From: Ignavibacteriota bacterium
Lineage (GTDB): Bacteria > Bacteroidota > Ignavibacteria > UBA10030 > CAVZMI01
NCBI GenBank assembly: GCA_963776275.1
Contig: CAVZMI010000014.1
Location: forward strand, 1-64,000
Direction: 5' to 3'
Length of the DNA stretch: 64,000 bases
Position numbers and translations under genes: made by a program. Below the pieces are notes generated by a model. That model was not told the DNA's origin. It saw nothing but the letters and a program-made list of their open reading frames with translations, and did no database searches. Positions 22,001 through 31,691 of this stretch are shown here, piece by piece. Numbering within the stretch: position 1 is the first letter of the stretch; each line of letters begins with the position of its first letter.

Positions 22001-22374
22001 ATTGATAATCTTTCGCCGAGAACGACCGACACGCTCAACTCAATCTCTTGCACTTCCAAAGAAAAATCGATGCGTGCAGTCTGATCAATGTACACCCGGA
22101 CATCATTCATAGTAATCTTTCGGTATCCGATGAAAGATACTTGAACATTGTAAGTCCCTGGCGGTACGTACAAAATGGTATAGTGACCATTGAGGTCTGT
22201 TGCCGCGCCTAATGATGTCCCAGCAACAACGATATTGGCTCCGGGTACAGGCTCACCGCTTGCCTTATTGATCACAGTGCCGGCGATTTTTCCTGTCGTT
22301 CCGGACCAAAGTGGTAACGCCGATACAACCACCAACAACAGAATCGGTATTATCACCCTTTTCAGTTGTTTCAT
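19021..22374 (-). CDS. TonB-dependent receptor, non-SusC type (module 1)
   Basis: Signal peptide; CarboxypepD_reg-like N-domain (TTGKIAGTV...PGTYNVQVSFIGY); plug motif VERGGFNAEYGQVRSGVVNVVT; LSPRLGIAHP; SYELG. Start set at ATG 22374 behind GGAGG rather than the track's 22536. Confidence 0.9.
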   Translation of the reverse strand: MKQLKRVIIPILLLVVVSALPLWSGTTGKIAGTVINKASGEPVPGANIVVAGTSLGAATDLNGHYTILYVPPGTYNVQVSFIGYRKITMNDVRVYIDQTARIDFSLEVQEIELSVSVVLGERLSIKPDVATSVAAMSDKEVANLPINNVVSAVGLQAGVRGGWGSNPNYAYQPTFMNSYKRGKVSVGGGLNIRGGEGDNILFMMDGITMRDPRNSEPITAIALSAIKEVSVERGGFNAEYGQVRSGVVNVVTREGGKRNYSGSFQIRISPPAPKYYRGGGIKDLQDPYSYILRPFFDPNVCWTGTQAPIDPTQYDQYTRKKYPDFNGWNKVSNSLCSDSDPTNDITPSGAQRIFEYETRKKQINDQPDYDIDAGFGGPVPVIGSSLGDLRFYASYRRTRDLLIVPLTRPDYTDYDWTVQVTSDISPSLKLKLSALSGKQFTIRHNWDASNAAGNYFYPHYPNEVANVLSTVEKVSDLKNVFSDFNFSLSDIGQRSLAAKLTGVINPTTFYEVSVENLRRDYYTRPPDLRDTSQQYEVIPGYFEDSNPFGYWPDNYSKSVGITADVMHICKARDNTVVQSSTLKADFTSQVNFQNLVKAGVEFVYNDLNFDYGVTLMATQGKKYAYHVQQEVFPVQGAAYLQDKLEAEGFTVNLGLRVDYCNSNTKWYDLKSFDGNFFSSNYNPEADTFPKRSLDPQWQLSPRLGIAHPISENSKLFFNYGHFRQVPQYESLFRLERDDKHMMTSFGDPNLTLAKTISYELGYDHILFEDYLLQVAAFYNDISDQQDFTRYTSTAAGFEYTKSTPNNYEDIRGFELTLRKTSGRWWSGFANYTYQVNTSGHFGSSRIYDNPSDQKQWNQATVNLYQDRPIPQPYARLNLSLFTPEDFGPSIFGHKILGGFRANIILDWQAGFWTTWNPKLLPSTGYNVQGVDYFNTNLRVDKAIAIGKFKVQLFVDMSNVLNTLRLYLPNDFNTTNYMMSLHLPKSGAYDNIPGSDKVGDYRTPGVEWQPEVFQSQVEGQPAPNDLRAVFYEPETPTYDPSKPVTVENHSARYWRVINKTDPQDPLKTIQVWDPVSQSEIDQINKDKAYINMPNTSLFWFLDPRKIFFGIRISFDFNE

Positions 22375-22628
22375 TTTCAATTCCTCCTTCCAGTTTAAGA
22401 AACCGCTTTCGCCTGAAGGCGAGGTTTTTTCTGCCATTCCCCAATTGAGATTATATAAAGAGCGAGTTACATTCCCCCGATATATTAAGATCGAGAAAAA
22501 AAGTGGATAGGATAGAACTTCGGAAACCAGCACCAAATATATTTAAACTGCCCTTGATAAATTTCAAGAGCTCAAATTGGGTTTCTGATTCTTGAAATAG
22601 ATTGTATTAAATTGAATCGATTAAGAAG

Positions 22629-22675
22629 TTATTGAAACGGTTAAAACAATATAAATACTTTTTTCAAAAAGTCAA
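22629..22675 (-). promoter_or_regulatory. Putative sigma70 promoter of module 1 with a LacI-type operator just downstream of the -10
   Basis: Minus strand TTGACT-16-TATATT (22675-22648), followed by a site reading TTATTGAAACGGTT on the plus strand (22629-22642) that is identical to part of the palindrome at 57569-57590. Confidence 0.55.
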
Positions 22676-22993
22676 GTTTTTTTACCTCTATTATATATAA
22701 GTAGATAAGCATGAAGGAAGAAAAAACCTTAATATAAAGAGAGGATAATAATTAGGATTCCTCCCCAATCAGTGCTTCAAGTTTTCAATAACCTGATTAT
22801 TTTATTCGATTGCTCTTAGCGGAATCTCGTGAACGAAGCAGACGAACCTGAACTAGCGATCTCATCTATATATTGCACTACACCGCCAGGGAACGGACGG
22901 GTAGGTATAGAATCGAATAATAAAAAGGGTCGGTCCCCAAGCCACAGGGCCGACCCAAGATTCAAGTAAAAGCTTAATCTCCCAACCGCTATA

Positions 22994-24253
22994 TTACGGA
23001 GCGCCCACCGTAGCTCCCATGTTAACCCGATAGATGGTCCATTTCTGCGATTGGCTCGTGTTACCACGAACCATATAAAGGTAATTTCCCGAGCCCCAAT
23101 TTAAGTGTCTGCAATAGGACGGAAGAATACCCCTATAGAAATAATCGACTATCTTTGTATTGAGATCGAGAATCAGTATCGGATCCGCGGAAGCATCGGT
23201 TCCAATAAACATATTTCCTTTTGAAGAAAAGGCAATACCTCGTATGCTGCGGGACGCTAAACCCCCTGTTGTGGTCCAGTCGACCACCAAATCCCTGGAG
23301 CCCAGGTTGCCGTTTGCATCAACCGAATGGCGCCAGATGGCTGTAGCAGGATTATTTGCAGCCGGGGCTGACGTTCTCACCACAAGATAAAGGTATCCTT
23401 TGTACACACGCATAGCGAGGATCGTATCCTTTGCGTACACACCTGCGTATGTGATTGCCTTAACATCATAATTGGGCTGTTTGAGCACAAGCAGATCGGT
23501 CCGCGTGCCACCGGCGTAGAAATTTCCGCTGGAGTCGAAATCACAGAATCTAACCGTTTTCCCTGTGGGGAGTTTGACCCATGTCGCTATCGCTCCGGTT
23601 GCCAGATTCACCGTGTCGACATTCACATTGGTTCCCGTTATATAGAGTGCACCGTTGCGAATTCTTGCATCCGTCGGCGGAAATTTGGCCGGAGTTGGAA
23701 GAGTCGAATTAGTTTGATCTGTCGTAACTTTGTGAATATTTCTGGTCGTTGTTTCTATGACATACAGATTCTCTGCATCGTCAACGGCGACAGTATTCAA
23801 TGGTACGTTGTTGTTAAAGTTGCCGTATTCATCTGTGACCGGATCGACTTTGTAGAGTTGGCTATATTTTACAACGGTAAGTGACTTGGGTGGAGCCACC
23901 ATCACCGTACATGAATCACTCGCTAGATTGGGCCGGCGCACCGTGACCGATGTCGTAGAGGTCGCGACAACTTCTGCAGTCACTGCGACAAGACTCTTTT
24001 TCGCATTATCAAAATAACTGAAATAAACGGCGTTGGTATCCGGCGGTGTAGAGAAGTTTGTACCCGTAACCGTAATTGTATTCACCCCGGGGGTCGCCTG
24101 GGACGGATCGACTTGTGTGATAGTCGGCGTTGGCGGTACTTCATAGGGTTGATCCCACGCGGGTTCCGCAACGTCGTATTTGCACCCTGACATGACCACC
24201 ATCAATACCGCCATGAAGAGGAATACAATCGTTAAAAAGCTGCAGACTTTCAT
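22994..24253 (-). CDS. IPT/TIG-domain + beta-propeller lipoprotein (module 2)
   Basis: One-residue difference from 13949-15208; lipobox MSGC. Confidence 0.75.
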   Translation of the reverse strand: MKVCSFLTIVFLFMAVLMVVMSGCKYDVAEPAWDQPYEVPPTPTITQVDPSQATPGVNTITVTGTNFSTPPDTNAVYFSYFDNAKKSLVAVTAEVVATSTTSVTVRRPNLASDSCTVMVAPPKSLTVVKYSQLYKVDPVTDEYGNFNNNVPLNTVAVDDAENLYVIETTTRNIHKVTTDQTNSTLPTPAKFPPTDARIRNGALYITGTNVNVDTVNLATGAIATWVKLPTGKTVRFCDFDSSGNFYAGGTRTDLLVLKQPNYDVKAITYAGVYAKDTILAMRVYKGYLYLVVRTSAPAANNPATAIWRHSVDANGNLGSRDLVVDWTTTGGLASRSIRGIAFSSKGNMFIGTDASADPILILDLNTKIVDYFYRGILPSYCRHLNWGSGNYLYMVRGNTSQSQKWTIYRVNMGATVGAP

Positions 24254-24274
24254 AATCTCTCTCCTTCTTCAATA

Positions 24275-25330
24275 TTATAATGAAAACCGTGCGGTCAACC
24301 GCTGTACCTTGTCGAATACTCCAAAAGGCGTATAGGAGTAATCAAAGGCAAAACCGAATTTGGATAAACCAACCCCAAACGAAAAACCGTTCCCCAAATC
24401 GGTAGCCGACATGTATCCTCCGCGCAGCGAAAGCGCGTTCAATAACCGGTATTCCAGTCCGACCTTGACTTGCTCCGGATGATCACGATAATGAGTTGCA
24501 TCGATACTCATGTAAAGCGATTGATCCAGCGGAAGCTCCCCGATGAGATCCATCAGATTCATCGAGATACCAAGGTTGAACACCAATGGTGCCTGAAATC
24601 CTTCATCGACGTATTTCAATTCCTGTGAAAAATTCCGCACCGACATCCCAAATACCAGACTCTTGATACCCGTCTTGAACTGCGTCCCAAAATCAAATAT
24701 TAACGGCGTCAACTTATTCGACCTGGCCGCCTTACTGGTATCGGGAAAAGTATGTATAGCTCCCGAACTATCAATCTCCTGTCGCTGACCAATCACAGGT
24801 ACTGAACTCTCCCCAAGGTCTTGCCGTACCCACCGTATCTGTCCGCCAATACTAAACTGATCCGTCAACTGCTTGGCATATCCGACACCCACAGCGATGG
24901 CGCTCAGTTTGAATATGCCGATATCCTCATACCCGAGATCACTCGCCTTGTTCACACGCGTACCGTAAAATTCTCCATAATCCACACTCTGGACACTGAA
25001 TCCAATGACACCGTAATTACCGTTGGCTGGATTGATGGCCAGACTGAATGTGTAGTGCTTGATGTCAGCTATCCATTGGTTGCTGCTGGCCGTCATATCG
25101 AGAAAATTGGACATCTCGGCCATTCCTGCAGGATTGAAAAACAGCGCGCTTGAACCCATACGAAGACTCGTCATCGCCTCTGCCATGGCAGATGCACGCG
25201 CGTCCGAGACTACACTCAAAAATTGAAGCCCCGTCTGGGCTAATTTCTGATTCTCCTGGGCAAACCCGATGCTCATCAACAGGCATCCCACGAGAAACAC
25301 AACAATAAACTTACCTATCGTCTTTTTCAT
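24275..25330 (-). CDS. PorV/PorQ-family outer-membrane beta-barrel (module 2)
   Basis: Near-identical to 15230-16285; same family motif. Confidence 0.8.
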   Translation of the reverse strand: MKKTIGKFIVVFLVGCLLMSIGFAQENQKLAQTGLQFLSVVSDARASAMAEAMTSLRMGSSALFFNPAGMAEMSNFLDMTASSNQWIADIKHYTFSLAINPANGNYGVIGFSVQSVDYGEFYGTRVNKASDLGYEDIGIFKLSAIAVGVGYAKQLTDQFSIGGQIRWVRQDLGESSVPVIGQRQEIDSSGAIHTFPDTSKAARSNKLTPLIFDFGTQFKTGIKSLVFGMSVRNFSQELKYVDEGFQAPLVFNLGISMNLMDLIGELPLDQSLYMSIDATHYRDHPEQVKVGLEYRLLNALSLRGGYMSATDLGNGFSFGVGLSKFGFAFDYSYTPFGVFDKVQRLTARFSL

Positions 25331-25341
25331 TGATTATCTCC

Positions 25342-27771
25342 TTACCTGATGACGACAAACTTACGGTATACAGAGCCGACTCCGGGAGCTTCAACATAGA
25401 GAATGTAAATACCGCTGGCTATTATCTGTCCTGATGAGGTCATCGAATCCCAGAGCTCATCACCCGTACCATTGGTATGACTTTTCTGCCAGATCAGATC
25501 ACCTCGTTCTGTGAAGATCTTCAGGTTGCACTGACCCGGTAGCCCGAAGAAAGCTATCCGGTCGTATTGAGATTGATCGCCAAATTGGAACATGCGGGCT
25601 CGGATATCGTAGGGGTTCGGTACTACACGGACCTGTTCCAATAACGCGCCCTGGGCAACCTCGCTATAGCAATAGTAATTTACACCGTTATAGGTTACAA
25701 CATTATATTTATTATAACCGGAACCTGAAACCCAGGCTCCTTTCGATACTTCCGGTTTCCAGCTTTTCGTCGTATCTAGATTTGGGGATGTTCGACTGCC
25801 AGAATCCCGTCGTACGCACACATAACTTAACGCACCAAAGGTCACTTCGTCATTCGGAACGTAGTTAGAACCCGAAACCCAGGCTCCTTTCGATGTTATC
25901 GGTTTCCAATGGGTCGTATCAATATCCGGAGTTGTCGGTGGTTCGGTGACAGCCGGTCGCTGCAGAGTAGCAGGCTGGTTTGTTACCGTCCAGAACAGAC
26001 TGCTGTAAAGGGGAACACCGGGATGAACGTCGTTCTGTGTCCCGTCGTCTTTAGACTGGACATAATAGTAATAGTCAAAGCCTCGGATTGCAGTGATATC
26101 ATCGAAGTTGTGGACAACATTCGATTTGCTGCATTCGAATATCTTTTCGTATTTTGTATTCCGATCTAGGACATTCCCACGAGAACGGTATACCACGTAT
26201 CCGTCGAAGTGGGGGGCCGCGTCCGCATTCGATGACCATGAAAGCATAATCCGATCGCCGCCGGAGGCGACCGAGAATACATCAGGTGGCGGTGGAGCTT
26301 TAAGGATTTTATATCCGGAGTTATAGTTTTTTATTGCATTGCGGAATGTTTGCATGATGGAATCTTTTCCTGTCGCAACCCATTGATACTTATAAAAATT
26401 ATGGTCAGTTGTTGTGCTTCCGTCGGGCAGGATAAGAGTCGGTGTTACTCCCGTATTTTTATAATATTGAAGCCAGTTACCACCTACCTCGCGTCCCTTT
26501 TCCCACGAGATTCCTGCTATTCCTGCAGCAAATACGATATGAATACTATCGCCAGGCTCCAATGTATAGGGGCCAAACCCTTCGCCGTTTTGCACGTTTC
26601 CACCTGATGCTGCACCTGGATATGTATATGTCGTCGGATAGGTGTCATTGTAGCCGCCTCCAACGATTGCATCATGTTGTATGGCCGGATAGCCTGAACT
26701 CATTACATCGTATCGGCTTTTCATGAATGATTCTGTGTACTGATCCGCACTGGCATTAAGGGGAGCCATGTCGGCCTGTATAAAGTTGTTGGTTTTTGGC
26801 TGATACAAATCATCCGATGTGTCTTTCGAGCTTTTGTCGGCGTGTAATATTACACTTCCCCCGTATTTAGCCGAAGCGAGCTGACCGTCTTGGTCCTGGG
26901 CGGGATTTCCCCAAACCTCTTTATATGAAAGGGTCGTACGCTTAACATCGGCACCGGTCCAACAAATTACACCCCTCATATCAAATCCGGGCGCAGTCGG
27001 ATCTTGGCCAAACGAGTGAATGATATTACTCTCACCCCATGTAGATTCCCATGATCCCCATCCCGTGCCGTAACCCGTATTACTTACACCTGCCCAGGCA
27101 TACCGATCTGCAAAGAAGAAATAGACGTCGGTAAGTGTTTGTTGTTTAACGTTGCCTGCCGCATTATAGATTCCTGTATTTTTGAAGACCCAGTCGTTGA
27201 TGTAGTAATTATCGTTATTCGATTGGTCGAACACCATCACTTTTTTCGTAACCGAGACCCCTATGGATGTATTGAAATTCACCTGGACAACACGGTCTGC
27301 TTCAAGATCCGGATTTGTCTCATCCAATATGTCGTATGTGTCAAGGTCGGATGCGGGTTTGTCGTCGACTCTCAAAACGGGATGTGGGCCCCTCCCAATC
27401 ATTTTAAGTTTTACTGGAAATATCATACCAATCCGGTTTGAGCCATCCCGTGTGCCAACACCGATAACCTTATAGCTTAAAACCTTATTTGCTACCGGAT
27501 CGTCGAAATTCTTACATCCGATCCACATGGCTCTCATACGACATGTATTCTGACCGGTACCATATTGAGTGGGCCAGGAGAGGTAGTTGGTATTACCGGC
27601 ACTCCATTCACCCTCGTATTCTGCACCTATTTCATTAACTGGTCCCTGTAATGGTGTGATACGGAGCCATTTGGCTTGTTGCGCATAACTGGTGTGGAAA
27701 CCAACAGCGATCGTAAAGATTATCGCAAGCACCAGAAATGGGATTCCTATTTTCATTGCATGTTTTTTCAT
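25342..27771 (-). CDS. Large secreted TBDR-partner protein with 2 CBM5/12-like repeats and variant CTD (module 2)
   Basis: Colinear homolog of 16297-19005; two KGAWVSGSxY repeats; near-identical C-terminal domain. Confidence 0.7.
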   Translation of the reverse strand: MKKHAMKIGIPFLVLAIIFTIAVGFHTSYAQQAKWLRITPLQGPVNEIGAEYEGEWSAGNTNYLSWPTQYGTGQNTCRMRAMWIGCKNFDDPVANKVLSYKVIGVGTRDGSNRIGMIFPVKLKMIGRGPHPVLRVDDKPASDLDTYDILDETNPDLEADRVVQVNFNTSIGVSVTKKVMVFDQSNNDNYYINDWVFKNTGIYNAAGNVKQQTLTDVYFFFADRYAWAGVSNTGYGTGWGSWESTWGESNIIHSFGQDPTAPGFDMRGVICWTGADVKRTTLSYKEVWGNPAQDQDGQLASAKYGGSVILHADKSSKDTSDDLYQPKTNNFIQADMAPLNASADQYTESFMKSRYDVMSSGYPAIQHDAIVGGGYNDTYPTTYTYPGAASGGNVQNGEGFGPYTLEPGDSIHIVFAAGIAGISWEKGREVGGNWLQYYKNTGVTPTLILPDGSTTTDHNFYKYQWVATGKDSIMQTFRNAIKNYNSGYKILKAPPPPDVFSVASGGDRIMLSWSSNADAAPHFDGYVVYRSRGNVLDRNTKYEKIFECSKSNVVHNFDDITAIRGFDYYYYVQSKDDGTQNDVHPGVPLYSSLFWTVTNQPATLQRPAVTEPPTTPDIDTTHWKPITSKGAWVSGSNYVPNDEVTFGALSYVCVRRDSGSRTSPNLDTTKSWKPEVSKGAWVSGSGYNKYNVVTYNGVNYYCYSEVAQGALLEQVRVVPNPYDIRARMFQFGDQSQYDRIAFFGLPGQCNLKIFTERGDLIWQKSHTNGTGDELWDSMTSSGQIIASGIYILYVEAPGVGSVYRKFVVIR

Positions 27772-27790
27772 GGCTGTCTCTATTTGTTTG

Positions 27791-30700
27791 CTAGTCTGTG
27801 AAATCGAATGAAAGTCGAACGCCGAAGAAGATTTTCCGTGGATCTAAAAACCAGAATGTAGAAGATCTCGGCATTTCGATATACGCCTTGTCATTGTTGA
27901 TCTGGTTAATTCTGGCCTGATCAACTTGGGACCAATTCTGTTCAACTGTATTGGTTGTAGTAATCGGATTATCGACGTACTGCCAGTATGAGCCTGTGCT
28001 CCTTTCAAAATAAATTGGACGTGTTTCCCCCGGATGCGTTCGGTCAATAGTATTCTGATACACTTCGGGCTGCCATTCAACGCCAGGTTTCCGATACGCG
28101 CCCACCTTATCACTACCCGGGATATTGTCATACTGGTCGCTCGCAGGAAGATGGAGCGATGCTAAATAATAGGCTTGGCCGGTATTCCACAGTCGGAGTG
28201 TATTTAAAACATTGTTTATGTCCATAAACAATTGCAGCTTAAATTTTCCGATCTGTACAATCTTGTCCACCCGCAAAGCTGTATTATAGTAATCTAAGGA
28301 CTGTACGTTGTACGCCAGCGAAGCAATATTTTTTGGATTATACGTTGTCCAGTAACCGGCTTGCCAATCCACAGTTGCATTTACTCTCCACCCGCCGAGA
28401 ATCTTATGTCCGAATATATCAGGGCCCCAATCTTCCGGAGTATAGAGACTTAGATTAAGTCTAGCATACGGCTGAGGAATCGGGCGGTCCTGGTACATAT
28501 TGACAGTCGCTTCATTATATCTTTTCTGAGCAGAAGGATCGTCGGTTAACAAACCTTCACCAAAATGCCCCGTAGTGTTCACCTGATATGTATAATTTGC
28601 GAAGCCGGACCACCATCGTCCGGTTGTTTTGCGAAGGGTTAACTCAAATCCTCGTGTATCCTGATAGTAGTTAGATGAGGATTCGACGTAATCAACATTT
28701 TTGACTATTGATTGATATTCAGTGAAATTTTGTACGTCGGAAATATCGTTATAGAATGCGGCAATTTGAACCAGGTAATCATTAAACAGAATGTGATCGT
28801 ATCCTAGCTCATAGGAAATGGTCTTGGCCAGAATGAGGTTTGGATTACCAAGGCTCGTTACCTGCCTTGAATCGTTCCGCTGAACGCGGAATAAACTCTC
28901 GTATTGTGGTACCTCTCTGAAATGCCCGTAGTTAAAGAATAATTTTGAATCCTCACTAACGGGGTGTGCAATACCCAGACGCGGACTCAATTGCCACTGT
29001 GGTTTAGGCGTCTCCATTGTAAAGGTCTTTACGTCGGTGGTAGCAGGAGCGAAGAAGTCGATATTATACGGATCCAAACTCCACCATGACGATTTCGGGT
29101 CGCTGTAATCCAGACGCAATCCGAGATTTACGGTGAATCCCTTCTCTTCCAGTTTATCCTGAGCGTAAGCGGCAGCTCTGATTGGGAAGACGCGCATTTG
29201 AACACGGCTTGAGTATAATTTTCCTTCTGTACCTGAATTTATGGTTCCATAGTCAAAGTTCAGATCGTTGTAATTAAACTCGATTCCGCCTTTCACCAAA
29301 TTTTGGAAATTGACCTGACTGGTAAAATCGGCTTTTAAAGTTGTCGAGCTAACAACAGTCCAGTCTCGAGCTTTGGAGGCATGCATATTCCCGTTTATTA
29401 CGACACCATTAGTCGTCCCGGGCCAGTAACCGAATGGATTTGAATCCTCGAAAAATCCAGGGATGATTTCATAATGTACTGATGTATCTCGCAGTGCGAA
29501 GGGTTCCGTATCGTAATCCCTTCTGAAGTGTTCCAGAGATACTTCATAAAATGTACTGGGACTTATAGCATGCGTCAATTTAGCGGCAAGTGATTGCTCT
29601 CCGACTTGGGATGGTGTGAAGTTGAAGTCCGAGAAAAAGAAGAATAAATCGGCTAGACTGCTAAAATTGTTAGCCGTAACATCGGCAATTTGGTTCGGAT
29701 AATGTGGATAGTAATATGAGCCTGTGCCATCCCAATTATGCCTGATTGTAAATTGTCTTCCGATCATGCCTGAGAGACGTAGTTTCATCGTGGGTGTGAT
29801 ATCCGATATCATCTGCATCATCCAGTTATAATCTTTGTAATCGGATCTTGTCAGGGGCCATACCAGCATATCGCGTGTACTGCGATAGGAAGTGAAGAAC
29901 CGAAGATCCCCGAGATACCGACCGATGAAAGGAACCGGGCCGCCAAAGCCTGCATCGATGTCATAATCCGCCTGATCGTTGGCTTGAATTTTTCGAGTCT
30001 CGTATTCGAAAGCCCTCTGTGCCCCGGTTGGCGTTAGATCGTTGTTTAGATCGTTATCTGTGCAGAGCTCTTTTGAGACTTCATTCCATCCCTTGAATGC
30101 GACATACTGTCTAGACGTATATTGATCCCACGCTCCGTTCGCAGTCCCCGTCCAGCATACTGTAGGGTCGAAGAAGGGACGCAAGACGAAGGAATTAGGA
30201 TCTTGAATATCCAGAACGCCGGCTTCCCTTGCGTACTTCGGTCCAGGAGGACTGAGCCGCAACTGGAAACTTCCAGAGTAACCGCGTTTGGCACCTTCTC
30301 GTGTCGTTACATTGATTACACCGGATCGAACCTGACCATATTCCGCGTTGAATCCGCCTCGTTCCACCTCTATATCTTTCACTGCGCTTAACGCGACTCT
30401 GGTTGATGGCTCGTTGTTTCTGGGATCACGCATCGTAACGCCGTCGACCATAAAAAGGATTTCGTCGCCTTCGCCGCCGCGGATATTTATTCCGCCCTGG
30501 ACACTGACTTTTCCTCTAAGACTACCCAGGCCACCTGTACTTTTATCTACCCATGCCCCTTGCTGAGCACTGTTGAGATTACCGCTCCAACCGCCACGAA
30601 CACCCGCCTGTAATCCAACTGCGCTCACCACGTTGTTGATTGGCATGCTCGCTATTTCTTTATCTGAGACTGCAGCGACGCTGGTTGCGACATCCGGCTT

Positions 30701-31075
30701 GATAGTCAACTGTTCGCCGAGAACGATCGACACGCTTAACTCAATCTCTTGCACTTCCAAAGAAAAATCGATGCGCGCAGTCTGATCGATGTACACCCGG
30801 ACATCATTCATAGTGATCTTTCGGTATCCGATGAAAGATACCTGAACGTTATAAGTCCCTGGCGGTACATACAAAATGGTATAGTGACCATTGAGATCTG
30901 TCGCCGCGCCTAATGATGTCCCAACAACAACGATATTGGCTCCGGGTACAGGCTCACCGTTTGCCTTATTGATCACAGTGCCGGCGATTTTTCCTGTCGT
31001 TCCGGACCAAAGTGGTAACGCCGATACAACTACCAACAACAGAATCGGTATTATCACCCTTTTCAGTTGTTTCAT
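27791..31075 (-). CDS. TonB-dependent receptor, non-SusC type (module 2)
   Basis: Same architecture as module 1; plug VERGGFNAEYGQVRSGVINVTT; ATG at 31075 behind GGAGG. Confidence 0.9.
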   Translation of the reverse strand: MKQLKRVIIPILLLVVVSALPLWSGTTGKIAGTVINKANGEPVPGANIVVVGTSLGAATDLNGHYTILYVPPGTYNVQVSFIGYRKITMNDVRVYIDQTARIDFSLEVQEIELSVSIVLGEQLTIKPDVATSVAAVSDKEIASMPINNVVSAVGLQAGVRGGWSGNLNSAQQGAWVDKSTGGLGSLRGKVSVQGGINIRGGEGDEILFMVDGVTMRDPRNNEPSTRVALSAVKDIEVERGGFNAEYGQVRSGVINVTTREGAKRGYSGSFQLRLSPPGPKYAREAGVLDIQDPNSFVLRPFFDPTVCWTGTANGAWDQYTSRQYVAFKGWNEVSKELCTDNDLNNDLTPTGAQRAFEYETRKIQANDQADYDIDAGFGGPVPFIGRYLGDLRFFTSYRSTRDMLVWPLTRSDYKDYNWMMQMISDITPTMKLRLSGMIGRQFTIRHNWDGTGSYYYPHYPNQIADVTANNFSSLADLFFFFSDFNFTPSQVGEQSLAAKLTHAISPSTFYEVSLEHFRRDYDTEPFALRDTSVHYEIIPGFFEDSNPFGYWPGTTNGVVINGNMHASKARDWTVVSSTTLKADFTSQVNFQNLVKGGIEFNYNDLNFDYGTINSGTEGKLYSSRVQMRVFPIRAAAYAQDKLEEKGFTVNLGLRLDYSDPKSSWWSLDPYNIDFFAPATTDVKTFTMETPKPQWQLSPRLGIAHPVSEDSKLFFNYGHFREVPQYESLFRVQRNDSRQVTSLGNPNLILAKTISYELGYDHILFNDYLVQIAAFYNDISDVQNFTEYQSIVKNVDYVESSSNYYQDTRGFELTLRKTTGRWWSGFANYTYQVNTTGHFGEGLLTDDPSAQKRYNEATVNMYQDRPIPQPYARLNLSLYTPEDWGPDIFGHKILGGWRVNATVDWQAGYWTTYNPKNIASLAYNVQSLDYYNTALRVDKIVQIGKFKLQLFMDINNVLNTLRLWNTGQAYYLASLHLPASDQYDNIPGSDKVGAYRKPGVEWQPEVYQNTIDRTHPGETRPIYFERSTGSYWQYVDNPITTTNTVEQNWSQVDQARINQINNDKAYIEMPRSSTFWFLDPRKIFFGVRLSFDFTD

Positions 31076-31133
31076 TTTCAATTCCTCCTTCCAGTTTAAG
31101 AAACCGCTTTCGCCTGAAGGCGAGGTTTTTTCT
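30713..31133. repeat. Near-identical repeat of TBDR 5' end plus leader hairpin (other copy ~22012-22432)
   Basis: About 420 bp with few substitutions at offset 8701, covering the N-terminal domain, RBS and the TCGCCTGAAGGCGA hairpin. Confidence 0.9.
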
Positions 31134-31352
31134 ATTATTCACGAAATGAAAAAATAAATAGTTGCGTGAGTCATACTCCACCTTGATTTTTCAGGGTCGA
31201 GTAAAAAGTTTTGGTAAGGATAACCAATTGGAAGCCTTCATATTATGCGCCAAGATGGCCGTTTAAAGACCTAAAAAGGCTACATTGGCTTCCTGATCTT
31301 CGAGAAAAATTATCCTAAATTGAATTGAAATTAAGGTAGACTAACTGCTTGA

Positions 31353-31381
31353 ATAATATAGATGTTTTCTTAAAAAGTCAA
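31353..31381 (-). promoter_or_regulatory. Putative sigma70 promoter of module 2
   Basis: Minus strand TTGACT-17-TATTAT; positionally homologous to the module 1 promoter but without the operator sequence. Confidence 0.5.
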
Positions 31382-31691
31382 GTTCTTTTTCAATTCGTAC
31401 TTATCGGAAAGATAATCAAAAATATTAAAAATCTCGAATTAAAACGGCCTCTGGAATGGCCGGCTGGCTTTTTCAGAACGTCTCATTAGCGGCTTTATCT
31501 TCATCAACCCCTGCTATATTATAGAGAGAGCCACAAGAGGTTAGAATTGAGGGTCTTATTGTCACATTGAATCCTGTATCGATATGAAGCCTGCAGGATC
31601 TAAACGATTCTTACCGACATAAACTTGTAAGTCTGCCAATTACATCTTAGATTGAAAATAGGCATCGATTTTCAGACTGATTAGACTTTTT

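Larger units (their letters stand above)
22917..25623. repeat. ~2.7 kb near-identical direct repeat, copy B
   Basis: Matches 13872-16578 almost base for base; includes the terminator hairpin at ~22921-22957. Confidence 0.97.

Noticed and set aside
22375-22536. N-terminal extensions in the ORF track (TBDR to 22536, GH12 to 5718, GH115 from 58888, GH8 from 57702)
   Set aside because: Downstream ATGs give proper signal peptides, some with a clear RBS. The extensions overlap neighbouring genes or UTRs, and the TBDR extension is absent from its paralog.
22816-23067. 83-aa ORF spanning the repeat boundary, and the many short antisense or off-frame ORFs
   Set aside because: They overlap well-supported genes or the terminator and show no recognisable motifs, so they are treated as shadow ORFs.
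13872-31133. Diversity-generating retroelement or invertase shufflon as the cause of the variable core
   Set aside because: No reverse transcriptase or recombinase is in the window, the repeats are direct and kb-scale, and the differences are not adenine-specific.
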